Of a stretch of 64,000 nt of DNA, positions 31,864 through 41,913 are shown piece by piece. The translations under genes and the position numbers were made by a program. The stretch's first letter is position 1. The number at the start of each line of letters is the position of its first letter. The notes under the pieces were generated by a model. It had not been told where the DNA came from. It did not search any database and was given only the letters and a program-made list of their open reading frames with translations. The stretch is from the NCBI GenBank assembly GCA_963666115.2, contig CAXXET010000006.1, positions 448,001 to 512,000 on the forward strand, given 5' to 3'. Origin of the DNA: Dehalococcoidia bacterium. Lineage in GTDB: Bacteria > Chloroflexota > Dehalococcoidia > UBA6926.

Positions 31864-31903
31864 ATTTCAACGCTAACGAGTTCAGCAGTAGCGGTCAAGA
31901 TAA

Positions 31904-31995
31904 TGGCGGAGAGAGCGGGATTCGAACCCGCGAGGGCCCGGTAAGACCCTACACGCTTTCCAGGCGTGCCTGTTCGGCCACTCCAGCACCTCTCC
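31904..31995 (-). tRNA. tRNA-Ser(GGA)
   Basis: Reverse complement GGAGAGG...CACGC-CTGGAAA-GCGTG, long variable arm, GGTTCGAATCC, CCA end. Confidence 0.96.
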
Positions 31996-32001
31996 GTCTT
32001 G

Positions 32002-32095
<94 letters not shown>

Positions 32096-32233
32096 GCTGG
32101 AAGTCTCTCCGACGGACATTATACGCGGGAGTTGAGCGGGATGGTATGATTAAGTGTCTAGCAGTCGTTCGGCGCGCGTGATTCGGCCAAATTGCACAGC
32201 GTTGAACGGGGTTAGCAAGGAAGGGAGCAGCGC

Positions 32234-32830
32234 GTGTTGACAGGGAAAGCGTTTTGGATTCCGCTTGTCTTAATTTCGGCGTTCATCTTGGTGCTTGCCG
32301 CCTGCACGGGTCCGGCAGGGATGCAGGGCGAACGAGGCCCGGCGGGCCCGGCGGGAGCGCCCGGCCTGGACGGCTTTGAAGGCCAGCCGGGGCCGGCGGG
32401 CGCGGTGGGGCCGACTGGCGCGCAAGGCGAGCCCGGGCAGCCGGGGGAGCCGGGCGCAGGAGCAATCAATCCTGAAGCCAATATCAACACTCTCGATTCG
32501 AGCGTCGTGCTCGTGCCGGGAACCACGCGGGTGACGTTCAGGCTGTCCGGCTTCCCGCGCCGTGACGACGTGACACTGTCCATCCGTGAAGCGGGCGGCG
32601 CAGGCAGCGATTACGAGATGGGAAGCGGCCAGGTCAATTCGTCCGGCGCTCTTGAGATAGTCGTCGGCTCCGACCTGCTGCCCGCCATACCGGAGGATCT
32701 GCCGTCCGGCCTGTGGACGGTTGTCGCGGTGGGCACCCGAACGCCGGAGGGAGCCTCCGGACCCGCGATTGCAAGCACGGCAATCCGCGTGTACAGCCCC
32801 GGCGAGGCCCCGACGGTGGGCGGCAAGTAG
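32234..32830 (+). CDS. Collagen-like lipoprotein
   Basis: Signal peptide with lipobox LAAC, then about 17 uninterrupted Gly-X-Y triplets and a beta-rich C-terminal domain. Confidence 0.85.
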   Translation: MLTGKAFWIPLVLISAFILVLAACTGPAGMQGERGPAGPAGAPGLDGFEGQPGPAGAVGPTGAQGEPGQPGEPGAGAINPEANINTLDSSVVLVPGTTRVTFRLSGFPRRDDVTLSIREAGGAGSDYEMGSGQVNSSGALEIVVGSDLLPAIPEDLPSGLWTVVAVGTRTPEGASGPAIASTAIRVYSPGEAPTVGGK

Positions 32831-32857
32831 CCGGCATCTGACAAACGAGATCAGGCA

Positions 32858-32890
32858 GGGGGGCGTCCGCAGGGCGCCCCCCGTGTTTTT
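32858..32890 (+). terminator. Intrinsic terminator
   Basis: GGGGGGCGTCC-GCA-GGGCGCCCCCC followed by GTGTTTTT. Confidence 0.75.
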
Positions 32891-32898
32891 GCGGTGGG

Positions 32899-34209
32899 TT
32901 AGGCGGTGGCGGCAGTGGGGGGTTGGTGTTCGGCGTCCGTTTCGGTGGGTGATTCCCCATGGAGGAGCCGGACCTGGCGGACGCGGCGGCCTGTCGTGGA
33001 CAGGATGGTCATGGTCATGCCGTTGTCGCTGACGGTCTCCCCGGGGTGGGGAATGCGTCCCAGGGCGTAGAGGATAAGCCCGCCGACGGTATCGACGCCC
33101 TCCGCGTGCAGTTCGACGTTGAACATTTCGTTGATGTACTTGAGCGGGGCGCGCGCGTCGACGATGGCCTCCTGTTCGCTCACGCGGCGAACCAGCGGCT
33201 CGCTGACGGTGAACTCGTCATCGATGTCTCCGACAATCTCCTCCAGCAGGTCTTCGTTGGTGACCAGACCGACGAGGCTGCCGTATTCGTCCACAACAAG
33301 CGCGATGTGGACGCGCAGCGACTGGAACTCCCGCAAGAGGTCGCCCACGCGCTTGGTTTCCGGCACGTGCAGCGGCGGGCGGACGATGGATTCAAGGGTT
33401 GAGTCCCCGTTCTTGTTCTGGAACGCGGCGAGCAGGTCTTTGGCATAGACGATGCCGAGCGTTTCATCGAGATTGCTGCGGTAGAGGGGCAGGCGGCTGA
33501 ACCCTTCCTGCATGACGATCTGGACGGCGTCCTCCAGCGATGAGCCGGCCTCGATGCCGACGATATCCGGTCGCGGCACCATGACCTCGCGGACGGCCAG
33601 GGATTCCAGCCGCACAAGGCCGCGCATGACGTTCCGCTCCCACTCTTCATCCAGCGTGACTGCGGCGTCCGCGCCGTTCTGGTGGTCGCCGTTCGCAGCG
33701 CGCTGATCGGAGCGTTCCGCGGCGGGGCTGTCCGGCCTCTTTTGCCCCAGGGCGCGCGCAAGCGGACGAAACAGGGCGCGGAGAGCGGAAGCCGGTATTG
33801 AGAGGACGGCGTTGACGAATGAGGCAACCGGAGCGGACACGAGGGCGAGACGATCCGCGTCATGTGCGCCCCACACCCGTCCGGCGGCCTGCGCCAATAT
33901 GACGCCCGCGACGGTGAGGGCGATGCCGAGGAGTACGTCCAACGCCGCCGACGGGCTGTACATCGACACGAGGGCAAAGCTGATGATGGCAAAGAGAACC
34001 GTGGCGGTGGAGCGAATCATCAGGGCGGCCATCACCAGGGAATCGTGCGATTCCTGGAGCCGCGCAAGGCGGCGCGCGCCCGGCCTGCGCCGCTGCACAA
34101 GCCGCTCCAGGCGCTCTCCCCGTGTCTGGAAGAACGCGTCCTCAACCGCTACGACCATCGTCAGCAGGACGAGGGCGAACGGATACGCCGGCAGGAGGAT
34201 TGCTGACAC
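32899..34209 (-). CDS. Hemolysin/CNNM family protein (TM + CBS pair + CorC_HlyC)
   Basis: VREVMVPR, GFSRLP, VVDEYG, EDLLEEIVGDI.DE. Confidence 0.92.
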   Translation of the reverse strand: MSAILLPAYPFALVLLTMVVAVEDAFFQTRGERLERLVQRRRPGARRLARLQESHDSLVMAALMIRSTATVLFAIISFALVSMYSPSAALDVLLGIALTVAGVILAQAAGRVWGAHDADRLALVSAPVASFVNAVLSIPASALRALFRPLARALGQKRPDSPAAERSDQRAANGDHQNGADAAVTLDEEWERNVMRGLVRLESLAVREVMVPRPDIVGIEAGSSLEDAVQIVMQEGFSRLPLYRSNLDETLGIVYAKDLLAAFQNKNGDSTLESIVRPPLHVPETKRVGDLLREFQSLRVHIALVVDEYGSLVGLVTNEDLLEEIVGDIDDEFTVSEPLVRRVSEQEAIVDARAPLKYINEMFNVELHAEGVDTVGGLILYALGRIPHPGETVSDNGMTMTILSTTGRRVRQVRLLHGESPTETDAEHQPPTAATA

Positions 34210-34339
34210 CGGCGTCTAGGCCACGGCGACGTTAATCATGCGTCGTCCCGGCGCAATTATGATGTGCCCCGTACTTGGGGGCTCTAAATCGGTAGCCATA
34301 TCTGAACGACGCCATGCTAGGCGTGTACGCGCCCAATTG

Positions 34340-35023
34340 TCAAGATGCACGGGATGCATTCTCCACGTTGCGGAACGTGCGGCGATGAATTGGCGACGGC
34401 CCGATTTGGCGCAATGCCGCCACGTGTTTCGCCGTGCCGTATCCCTTGTTTCCGGCCAGTCCGTAGCCGGGGTGTTGGCCGTCCAGCCGGCGCATGACCT
34501 CGTCACGGGCGACCTTCGCGATGATGGAGGCTGCGGATACCGAAACGGAGACCTGGTCGCCATGCGTGAGCGCCAACTGTCGAATGTTGTCACGGACCGG
34601 CAGGGCAGACCAGTCAACCAGGATGCCGTCCACGCTGCTCCCCAGCGCGTTCAGGGCCGCCAGCATTGCTTCTTGGGTCGCAACGGCGATGCCCGCGTCA
34701 TCGATTCGACTCGCGGGCGTCATGGCGAGGCCGACGGCCGCATCCCGGAGGATGAGCTTTGCCAGGTGCTCCCGCTGGGCTGCGGTGAGTTTCTTGGAAT
34801 CGTCAACGTCGTCGAACCACGCCAGAGGTTGAGCCGGGAGGATGACGGCGGCTGCGGCGACTGGGCCGGCGAGCGCGCCGCGTCCTGCCTCGTCTATGCC
34901 GGCGATAGTGCGCGCGCCCTGCAGGAGCAGCTCGCGCTCGTAGGAGAGGCCGGGGCGTGTGACGGGCGGGACGATGGGGCGGGGGCGCGGCGGCGTTCCG
35001 TCGTCCCGCGGCTCAGTTTTCAG
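34340..35023 (-). CDS. rnhB: Ribonuclease HII (start uncertain: CTG 35023 or ATG 35092)
   Basis: GIDEAGRGALAGPV, DSKKL, AASIIAKV.RD, NKGYGT..H, HRRTF. Confidence 0.92.
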   Translation of the reverse strand: MKTEPRDDGTPPRPRPIVPPVTRPGLSYERELLLQGARTIAGIDEAGRGALAGPVAAAAVILPAQPLAWFDDVDDSKKLTAAQREHLAKLILRDAAVGLAMTPASRIDDAGIAVATQEAMLAALNALGSSVDGILVDWSALPVRDNIRQLALTHGDQVSVSVSAASIIAKVARDEVMRRLDGQHPGYGLAGNKGYGTAKHVAALRQIGPSPIHRRTFRNVENASRAS

Positions 35024-35606
35024 CGGGGACCTCTCTCGATGCGGTGAGGACTTCCCGGATGTGATTGATCGCGCCGGCGTGGAGGTTGGCATGAGTGGTG
35101 AGCGTGACGAGGTAGCGAATGCGCTGCATCCCGTTGTCCGTTTCAATGTCCAGCCGCCCCGGCCCAAGCTCCTCGATGGCGCCGAGAACGGCCTCGAACG
35201 TGAGCCGCAGGTATTCCAGCAGCGCCTGCTTGGGCGGCTCCTGGAAATGGGCGCGCTGCATGGCGGTGTACGCCTGTCCGGTGTCTTCAAGAGGCAGGCC
35301 GAACTCCCGGGCGTAGCCGTGCGTCTCATAGATCTCGGCGCGGTTGAGGATCTGCTTGTGGAGCAGCGCGTCCTGCACGCGGGCGACGTGCCAGAGATAG
35401 TAGCCGGCGGACGGCGTCTCCGGGAACGGTCGCCACGCCATGTCTTCTTCGGACATCCTTTCAACGGCCTGCGTGAGGGTGCGCTGGCAGGCCTGGAAAA
35501 CGCCTGCCAGCGCGTCGCCGGACGGATAGCCGTTTTCCATGTGAGAACCGGCATCTCCGCGATTGAGAAAGTCGCGCAGGCCGTGCGACAAGGCAATGAT
35601 GGACAT
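35013..35606 (-). CDS. DinB/YfiT-family protein
   Basis: W.P....SAGYYLWH, H...H.G.I His triad; ATG 35606 has SD AAGGGG. Confidence 0.75.
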   Translation of the reverse strand: MSIIALSHGLRDFLNRGDAGSHMENGYPSGDALAGVFQACQRTLTQAVERMSEEDMAWRPFPETPSAGYYLWHVARVQDALLHKQILNRAEIYETHGYAREFGLPLEDTGQAYTAMQRAHFQEPPKQALLEYLRLTFEAVLGAIEELGPGRLDIETDNGMQRIRYLVTLTTHANLHAGAINHIREVLTASREVPAEN

Positions 35607-35643
35607 GATTACCCCTTGTATCCCCTTTATCCCAACGGTGATT

Positions 35644-36786
35644 TTACACCGCTTGGGCAACGAGTGGGGAGTCGCGGGATTCGTCGGCGGCCACCGCGCG
35701 CTCGATCACGCCCCCGCCAAGCATTCGTCCGGCATCGTAAAGGACGACTGCCTGCCCGGGTGTGACTGCGCGCTGCGGCTCGTCAAACTCCAGCGTGAAA
35801 CCGCCGCCGCCGTCCGTGTCAGGGATGAGGAGGGCGGGCGATTCGGGGGACTTGTAGCGCACCTTTGCGGTGACGCGCATCGCCCCGCCGTTGGCGGGGG
35901 GCGATCCGTCGATGAACGTTGCCTGCGCCGCGCGGAGTCCGTCTGCGAGGAGGTGATCCTCCGGTCCGATGACAATGGTGTTCTCCGCTGTGTCGATGTC
36001 GATGACGTACATGCGGCGGCCTGTGGGGGACGGCGGCAGGCCCTTGCGCTGGCCGACGGTATATCCGGCAGTTCCCATGTGGGAGCCGACGCGCTTGCCG
36101 TCTACGTCAAAGATGGGGCCAGGGGTGAGGGCCACGTGCTCGGAGAGGAAAGAGCGGTAATCGCCGGAGGGCACGAAGCAGATTTCCTGGCTGTCCGGCT
36201 TGTCCGCGACCGGCAGGTCAAGCTCATGCGCGATGCGCCGCACGTCCTGCTTGGGCAGTTCGCCAATGGGGAACAGGGAGCGCCGCAGCTCGTCCTGGCC
36301 AAGCCCGTAGAGCACGTAGGTCTGGTCCTTTGATGCGTCGACGGCCTGGCGCAGCTCAATGCGGCCGTCCGGGGCGGCGCGTCGGCGGACGTAGTGGCCG
36401 GTGGCGATCCAATCGGCCTCGAGGGCCAACGCGCGCTGAAGGAAGAACGCGAACTTGATCTTGTCGTTGCATGCGATGCAGGGGTGCGGGGTGCGCCCGT
36501 TCTTGTACTCGCGGATGAAGTACTCGATGACGTGCTTGCGGAACTCCTCCTCCATGTTGAGGACGTAGTGGGGGATGTCCAGCCGCTGGCAGACGCGCTT
36601 GGCGTCAAACACGTCCTCCACGGAGCAGCACGCGCGGTTGTGGCGTGAGGCGCCCTCAACGTCGTCGCTCCACAGGCGCATGGTGACGCCGATGACGTCA
36701 TAACCCTGCTCCGCAAGCAGGTAGGCGGCGACGGAGGAATCGACCCCGCCGCTCATGGCGACAATGACTCTTTCGTTGGTGCTCAT
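35644..36786 (-). CDS. mnmA: tRNA 2-thiouridylase MnmA (Cys-rich C-type)
   Basis: AMSGGVDSS, TPHPCIACN, ATGHY, KDQTY, DSQEICF, YTVGQRKGL, PGQ; start ATG 36786. Confidence 0.97.
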   Translation of the reverse strand: MSTNERVIVAMSGGVDSSVAAYLLAEQGYDVIGVTMRLWSDDVEGASRHNRACCSVEDVFDAKRVCQRLDIPHYVLNMEEEFRKHVIEYFIREYKNGRTPHPCIACNDKIKFAFFLQRALALEADWIATGHYVRRRAAPDGRIELRQAVDASKDQTYVLYGLGQDELRRSLFPIGELPKQDVRRIAHELDLPVADKPDSQEICFVPSGDYRSFLSEHVALTPGPIFDVDGKRVGSHMGTAGYTVGQRKGLPPSPTGRRMYVIDIDTAENTIVIGPEDHLLADGLRAAQATFIDGSPPANGGAMRVTAKVRYKSPESPALLIPDTDGGGGFTLEFDEPQRAVTPGQAVVLYDAGRMLGGGVIERAVAADESRDSPLVAQAV

Positions 36787-36833
36787 GGCTCTATCTACGA
36801 TACGGAGTTGGGTGGCGGCGCGCAAAAGCGTCG

Positions 36834-37715
36834 TCAACCTGCTAAGGCAAGGACGACGACGGCGATGATCGCTATTGCCAGCCCGCCGCCCTTGCTCCAG
36901 TTCATCTCCTCGCGCAGGAAGACCACGGCGAGGATGGCGGTGATGACGAAGCTCATCTGCACGATGGGATAGCTGATGCTGGCGTCGCCGAGCCGGAGGG
37001 ACTCGAACAGGAGGACGGCCCACGAAATCTGGAGAACTGCGATGCCCGGCGCGAAGTTGACCACGGTGCGGCTGATGCCGAAGTGCCGTGATCGCAGGAG
37101 CGTGAGGATGGCGGCCTGCTGGAATCCGACGGTCTGGGTGAGGATGAGCGGAACCGCGCCGATGTCACCCGTGTCCAGGCCGGCCTTGGAGATCAGCCCC
37201 TGCACGCCGAACAGCACGGACGCCGCCAATGCCAGCATGATCGAGCGGACGTTGGAGCGAATCGCGGTGACCTGGGTGACGTTCAGGAGGACGAGGACGG
37301 CCAGGATGGCGAGGAGGATGCCGCCCATTTTCAGCAGGTCGGCGGATTCGCCGAGGATGAGGATTGCGCCGAACGCCGTCACCACGAAGTTGAGGCGGAA
37401 GATTGGGGCGTTGACACTGGCGTCGCCAGTCCGGAGGCTGGCCACGAACAGGGTCAGGCCGGAGTAGGCAAACACGCCCGCGGGAACGCCGTAGAACCAC
37501 GTGCTGCTGTGAATGAAGTCTATGGGGCCGTCATCGCCGAGGATGAGCCAGCTTGAGACGGCCACCGCCCAGATGATGGCGGTGAAGATGGTGGACTGCC
37601 AGAAGACGAAATTGGGGGCGTCAATGCCCTTTTGTTGGGCGACGCGGTAGAGGAGGTCGCCTATTGCGCCGATGATCAAGGCTGCGACGGCGAGGGAGAC
37701 GGCGAGGGAGTCCAT
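36834..37715 (-). CDS. EamA/DMT-family transporter
   Basis: Two internal repeats ending in SL..GDAS...PI and LGE/LRE; about 10 TM segments. Confidence 0.85.
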   Translation of the reverse strand: MDSLAVSLAVAALIIGAIGDLLYRVAQQKGIDAPNFVFWQSTIFTAIIWAVAVSSWLILGDDGPIDFIHSSTWFYGVPAGVFAYSGLTLFVASLRTGDASVNAPIFRLNFVVTAFGAILILGESADLLKMGGILLAILAVLVLLNVTQVTAIRSNVRSIMLALAASVLFGVQGLISKAGLDTGDIGAVPLILTQTVGFQQAAILTLLRSRHFGISRTVVNFAPGIAVLQISWAVLLFESLRLGDASISYPIVQMSFVITAILAVVFLREEMNWSKGGGLAIAIIAVVVLALAG

Positions 37716-37759
37716 CAGCAGTCCTCGCGGGGCTGTCCCGCGTTGTGTAGTATGGCGTT

Positions 37760-38125
37760 ATGACGAACGCTGAGTCCGGTGGGGACGGCATCGCGCTGGC
37801 GCGGAAGGCCGTGGAGATCGCGGAGGACCGGCAGGCCAGCGATATCCTGCTGCTGGACGTGCGGACCATCTGCGGGTACGCGGATGCCTTTGTGCTGATG
37901 ACGGTGGAGTCCAAGCGTCAGGGGCAGGCGATCCGGGAGGCGATGCACAAGGGGTTGAAGGAGTCCGGCCAGCCGGCGCTCCGAACGGAAGGGGACGCCG
38001 ACTCCGGTTGGCTGCTGATGGACTTCAACGATGTGATCGTCCATATCTTTGCCGGGGAGCAGCGCGAGCTCTATGGCCTTGAGCAGTTGTGGCGTGGGGC
38101 GGCGCCGCTCGTCAGGATTCAATGA
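37760..38125 (+). CDS. rsfS: Ribosome silencing factor
   Basis: DI.LLDVR, EG....GWLLMDF.DVIVHIF...R.LY.LE.LW. Confidence 0.95.
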   Translation: MTNAESGGDGIALARKAVEIAEDRQASDILLLDVRTICGYADAFVLMTVESKRQGQAIREAMHKGLKESGQPALRTEGDADSGWLLMDFNDVIVHIFAGEQRELYGLEQLWRGAAPLVRIQ

Positions 38126-38570
38126 GCCACTGCTCCGTGGCCTGCCGGTAGTCGATCAACTCGGACTCGTCGAACCAGAGCGCAACCTCTCGCGCGGCGG
38201 ATTCCGGGCCGTCCGAGCCGTGAACCAGGTTCAACCCAACCGATAGGCCAAGGTCGGCGCGAATGCTGCCCGGGGCGGCCTTGCCGGGGTCCGTCGCGCC
38301 CATTGTCTGGCGGGCAAGCTCGATGGCCCGTTCGCCCTCCAAAACCATCGCCAGCAAGGGCGAGGACGTGATGAAGTCCAGGAGCCCGGGGAGGAACGGC
38401 TTGCCGGCGTGCTCGGCGTAGTGCTCCTCCGCCAGCGAACGCTCAACGCGCATGAGTTTCGCGCCGGCGATCTTGAGGCCGCGCTTCTCGAAGCGTCCGA
38501 GGATTTCGCCTGCCAGCCCGCGTTGAACGGCGTCCGGCTTGATCAGGATGAGGGTGCGTTCTGCTGCCAT
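38112..38570 (-). CDS. ndk: Nucleoside diphosphate kinase
   Basis: ERTLILIKPDAVQRG, HYAEH..KPF, PGSIR.D, N.VHGSD; start ATG 38570. Confidence 0.97.
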   Translation of the reverse strand: MAAERTLILIKPDAVQRGLAGEILGRFEKRGLKIAGAKLMRVERSLAEEHYAEHAGKPFLPGLLDFITSSPLLAMVLEGERAIELARQTMGATDPGKAAPGSIRADLGLSVGLNLVHGSDGPESAAREVALWFDESELIDYRQATEQWLIES

Positions 38571-38623
38571 TGGTTCTCCTGTTTGGGAGCGGGATGTATC
38601 CATAGGGTAGCAGACGGGGAATG

Positions 38624-38652
38624 TTGACACGCGGGATACGGTCACATAGTTT
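38624..38652 (+). promoter_or_regulatory. sigma70 promoter of the MFS-MFS-tsaE-tsaB unit
   Basis: TTGACA-17 bp-TAGTTT, with an in-frame GTG 6 nt downstream (38659). Confidence 0.65.
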
Positions 38653-38658
38653 GAGTTG

Positions 38659-40035
38659 GTGGAGCGTAGGAACAACCCCGGCATACGGCAGGGGCCCGGC
38701 CCGGTTGCCGAGCGCCGAAGTGTGGGATTCCGCGCTATCGCCTCCCTGACCGTCCCCGCGTACCGCCTCTATTTCCTTTTCGTTCTCGCCCAGATGGGCG
38801 CGCTGAACATGCAGATGATGGCGCGCTCCTGGTACGTCTACGAACTCTCCAAGGCCCCCGGCACGGACGACGGCAGCGTGACGATGCTGGGTGCTGTCGC
38901 GCTCGCGAACGCGGTGCCGATGCTGGCCCTTTCCCTCATCGGCGGGGTGCTTGCCGACCGCATCCCGAAGAAGCAGGTTCTCATCATCGGGCAGATCGTC
39001 TCAACGGTCATCACCGTGGGCGTGGCCATGTCAATCACGCTTGGCTCCATCACCGTGTGGCACCTGCTGATCGCGTCGTTCTTGCAGGGGATTGTGATGG
39101 CGCTGATGATGCCGGCGCGGCAGGCGATCATCCCGGAGCTCGTCGGCGCGAACATGATCACGAACGCCGTCGCGCTGAATGGCGCGGCGATGAACCTGCT
39201 GCGCCTCATGGGCCCCGCGCTGGCGGGATTCCTGATCGCCCTGTGGGACATCGAGGGCGTGTACTACATCATGGCGGTGCTGTACGGCTCCGGCGTCCTC
39301 ATGCTGATGGGTGTGCCGCTGACGGGCGCGGTGGCGCTTCGCGGCTCCGGGATGCTGCGGCAGGTGGCGGAGGGATTCAGCTACATCAAGCAAAACTCCC
39401 CGGTCCTCATGCTGCTAATCTTCGCGCTGTTCTCGTTCGTGCTGTCGATGCCGTACATGTTCCTGCTGCCCGCGTTCACCGATACCATTCTTACGGTCGA
39501 TCCGTCCCGCCTCCCGTTCTTTACGTCTCTGCCGTTGGTGGGAACGTTATTCGAGACGCTGGATGAGTCCGCCGCGCGGCAGGGCCTGCTGATCAGCATT
39601 TCCGGCATCGGCGCGCTCGTCGGCTCCATCTTCGTCGCCACGATGGAGGACAAGAACCGCGGCCTGTGGCTGTTGATCAGCATGTTCGTGATGGCGGTCT
39701 CTCTGATCGTGTTCAGCTTCACGAACTCGTACCTGATTGCGTTCATCGTGTTCATTCCGCTGGGGTTCGCGCAGGCGGGGCGGATGGCGCTCAGCAACAC
39801 GCTCGCCCAGGTCTATTCGGACGATGAGCACCGGGGCCGCGTGATGAGCATCTACATGCTCAACTGGGGCATGACGAACTTCGGCGTGTTCTTCGTCGGA
39901 GTGCTTGCGGACGTGATCGGCACGCAAGGCGGATTCTCCGGCGCGCAGTTGGCCGTCGGCGGGGCGGCCATCCTCCTCCTGCTGGTGACGACTTTCTTCA
40001 CGTTCTTCGTGAGGAAAGTCCGGGAAATGCAATAG
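38659..40035 (+). CDS. MFS transporter (DHA3/MFS_3-like)
   Basis: GGVLADRIPKK motif A, PARQA.IP, RGRVMS; 12 TM segments. Confidence 0.9.
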   Translation: MERRNNPGIRQGPGPVAERRSVGFRAIASLTVPAYRLYFLFVLAQMGALNMQMMARSWYVYELSKAPGTDDGSVTMLGAVALANAVPMLALSLIGGVLADRIPKKQVLIIGQIVSTVITVGVAMSITLGSITVWHLLIASFLQGIVMALMMPARQAIIPELVGANMITNAVALNGAAMNLLRLMGPALAGFLIALWDIEGVYYIMAVLYGSGVLMLMGVPLTGAVALRGSGMLRQVAEGFSYIKQNSPVLMLLIFALFSFVLSMPYMFLLPAFTDTILTVDPSRLPFFTSLPLVGTLFETLDESAARQGLLISISGIGALVGSIFVATMEDKNRGLWLLISMFVMAVSLIVFSFTNSYLIAFIVFIPLGFAQAGRMALSNTLAQVYSDDEHRGRVMSIYMLNWGMTNFGVFFVGVLADVIGTQGGFSGAQLAVGGAAILLLLVTTFFTFFVRKVREMQ

Positions 40036-40050
40036 GACGGGCCCCTCACG

Positions 40051-41418
40051 GTGAGACCGCGCCGCACAGACTCAGACACGGAGCAGGGGACGACTGCGCC
40101 TGACGACCCCTTAGAAGAGCAACGCCCCGCCAGGGGCCGCGCTTCGCTGAGAGAGGCCGTTTCCGCGTTCGCCGTGCGCGATTACCGCATCCTGTGGGCA
40201 GGCGTGTCCATGCATGCGCTCACGCTGTGGATGGAGATCGTGGCGCGCAGCTGGCTGGTGTGGGAGATCACGGGCGACCCGGTTGCCGTCGGGTGGGTCA
40301 ACTTCTGGCGCACGATACCGGTGCTGTTTCTGGCGATTCCGGCGGGTGTGCTGGCCGACCGTGTAAACCGCAAGACCATCCTGGTTGTTACGCAAATCGG
40401 CATCCTCGGCATCTACGTCGTCCTGCTCGGGCTGCTGCTGCAAGACCGGCTGGAATTGTGGCACGCGTACGCGCTGTTCGCGGGGCGGGGGGCGATGATC
40501 GCGTTCAACCAGCCGGGTCGGCAGGCGTTGATACCCGCGATTGTGGGCAGGGAACGGGTGGCGAACGCGGTGGCCCTGCAACAATTCTCGTTCAACGGCA
40601 CGCGCATCGTGGCCCCGCTGCTCACCGGCGTGCTGATTGCCGTTTCGGGATTCGAGATGGTCTTTATCATCATCATCCTGCTGGAGTTCGGGATCATCGG
40701 CTCGTGGTTGTGGATGAAGACGTATCCGCTGATGCAGCGCGGCGCGGCGAGCATGGGCGTGTCCGGGGCATTCCGGGATACGTGGGAGGGCTTGCTCTAC
40801 GTCCGCCGGCACGTCACCATCCTGATCCTTCTCCTGCTCGGGCTGCTGTCGCTGATGTTCCTCCAGCCGTTCATGGTGCTGCTGCCGGAGATCGCCGACG
40901 AGCGTTTCGCCTCCAACGCGGACTGGATCCTGGCGATTGCCGATGCGTTCAACCTGAACCAGAACACGGGGGCGACGCTGTTCGGCGGGATGCTCACGTT
41001 CATGGGGATCGGCTCGATCATCGGGCCGACGGTTCTCGCCTACCTTGGCAACGTGCGGAACAAGGGCATGTTGATCGTGGTCACGATGGCGTTGAGCGGC
41101 GTGGTTCTCTCCGCGCTTGGCGCGACCCCGTGGCTCATCCTCGCGCTGGCCCTCATGGTGCTGCTCGGGCTGCTGGACTCCAGCCAGCGCGTGCTCACGA
41201 ACGGGATGCTGTTGACGCAGACGGACAGCGAGTTTCATGGGCGGGTGATCAGCCTGTACCTGCTGGACCGCGGGTTTGTGCCGATTGGGAGCCTGGTGGC
41301 GGGGTACATGGGGTCTGCGTACGGGGCAGGGTGGGCGCTGGGCCTCCTTGGGGGCGCGCTGGCGGTGTCCGTCGTAATTGTGGCGGCGATCAGGCCAAGA
41401 TTTCTGCGGGCAGGGTAG
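40051..41418 (+). CDS. MFS transporter (paralog of the upstream gene)
   Basis: GVLADRVNRK, PGRQALIP, GRVIS; 12 TM segments. Confidence 0.9.
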   Translation: MRPRRTDSDTEQGTTAPDDPLEEQRPARGRASLREAVSAFAVRDYRILWAGVSMHALTLWMEIVARSWLVWEITGDPVAVGWVNFWRTIPVLFLAIPAGVLADRVNRKTILVVTQIGILGIYVVLLGLLLQDRLELWHAYALFAGRGAMIAFNQPGRQALIPAIVGRERVANAVALQQFSFNGTRIVAPLLTGVLIAVSGFEMVFIIIILLEFGIIGSWLWMKTYPLMQRGAASMGVSGAFRDTWEGLLYVRRHVTILILLLLGLLSLMFLQPFMVLLPEIADERFASNADWILAIADAFNLNQNTGATLFGGMLTFMGIGSIIGPTVLAYLGNVRNKGMLIVVTMALSGVVLSALGATPWLILALALMVLLGLLDSSQRVLTNGMLLTQTDSEFHGRVISLYLLDRGFVPIGSLVAGYMGSAYGAGWALGLLGGALAVSVVIVAAIRPRFLRAG

Positions 41419-41427
41419 GATACGTAT

Positions 41428-41913
41428 ATGGCGACGCATGAATGGAGCGGGGTTTCGCGCTCCGCGGATGAGACGAAAGAGATTGGCCGGGCTATTGGCG
41501 AGGCCGTAGAGGCCGGCACGCTCGCGCTCCTCATCGGGCAGTTGGGCGCAGGCAAAACCACGCTGACACAGGGGCTTGCCGACGGGCTTGGCGTAACGGC
41601 GTACACGAAAAGCCCATCGTTCGTGCTCGTGAACGAGTACCAGGGACGGCTGCCCCTGTTCCACATGGACCTGTACCGCATCGATGATCCTGCGGAGGCG
41701 TGGGAGCTTGGCTTGGACGACTACCTGGGCAGGGACGGCGTGTTGGCGGTGGAGTGGGCGGATCGCGCAACGTCCATCTTCCCCGATGACCGCCTTGAAA
41801 TTCGCATCGAATACGTCTCAGACACAGAACGGCAACTAACTGTGGCGGCGAGCGGCCCAGTGTCCGCGCGGGCCCTGGGCGGGCTGCCCGACAGGGTTGG
41901 GGCGGCAGAATGA
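41428..41913 (+). CDS. tsaE: t6A biosynthesis ATPase TsaE
   Basis: GQLGAGKT, SPSF, HMDLYR, VEW. Confidence 0.96.
   Translation: MATHEWSGVSRSADETKEIGRAIGEAVEAGTLALLIGQLGAGKTTLTQGLADGLGVTAYTKSPSFVLVNEYQGRLPLFHMDLYRIDDPAEAWELGLDDYLGRDGVLAVEWADRATSIFPDDRLEIRIEYVSDTERQLTVAASGPVSARALGGLPDRVGAAE

Noticed and set aside
34340-35596. 418-aa RNase HII with a long N-terminal domain, as in the ORF track
   Set aside because: The N-terminal ~190 aa is an off-frame reading of the DinB gene with low-complexity Arg/Ser/Pro composition.
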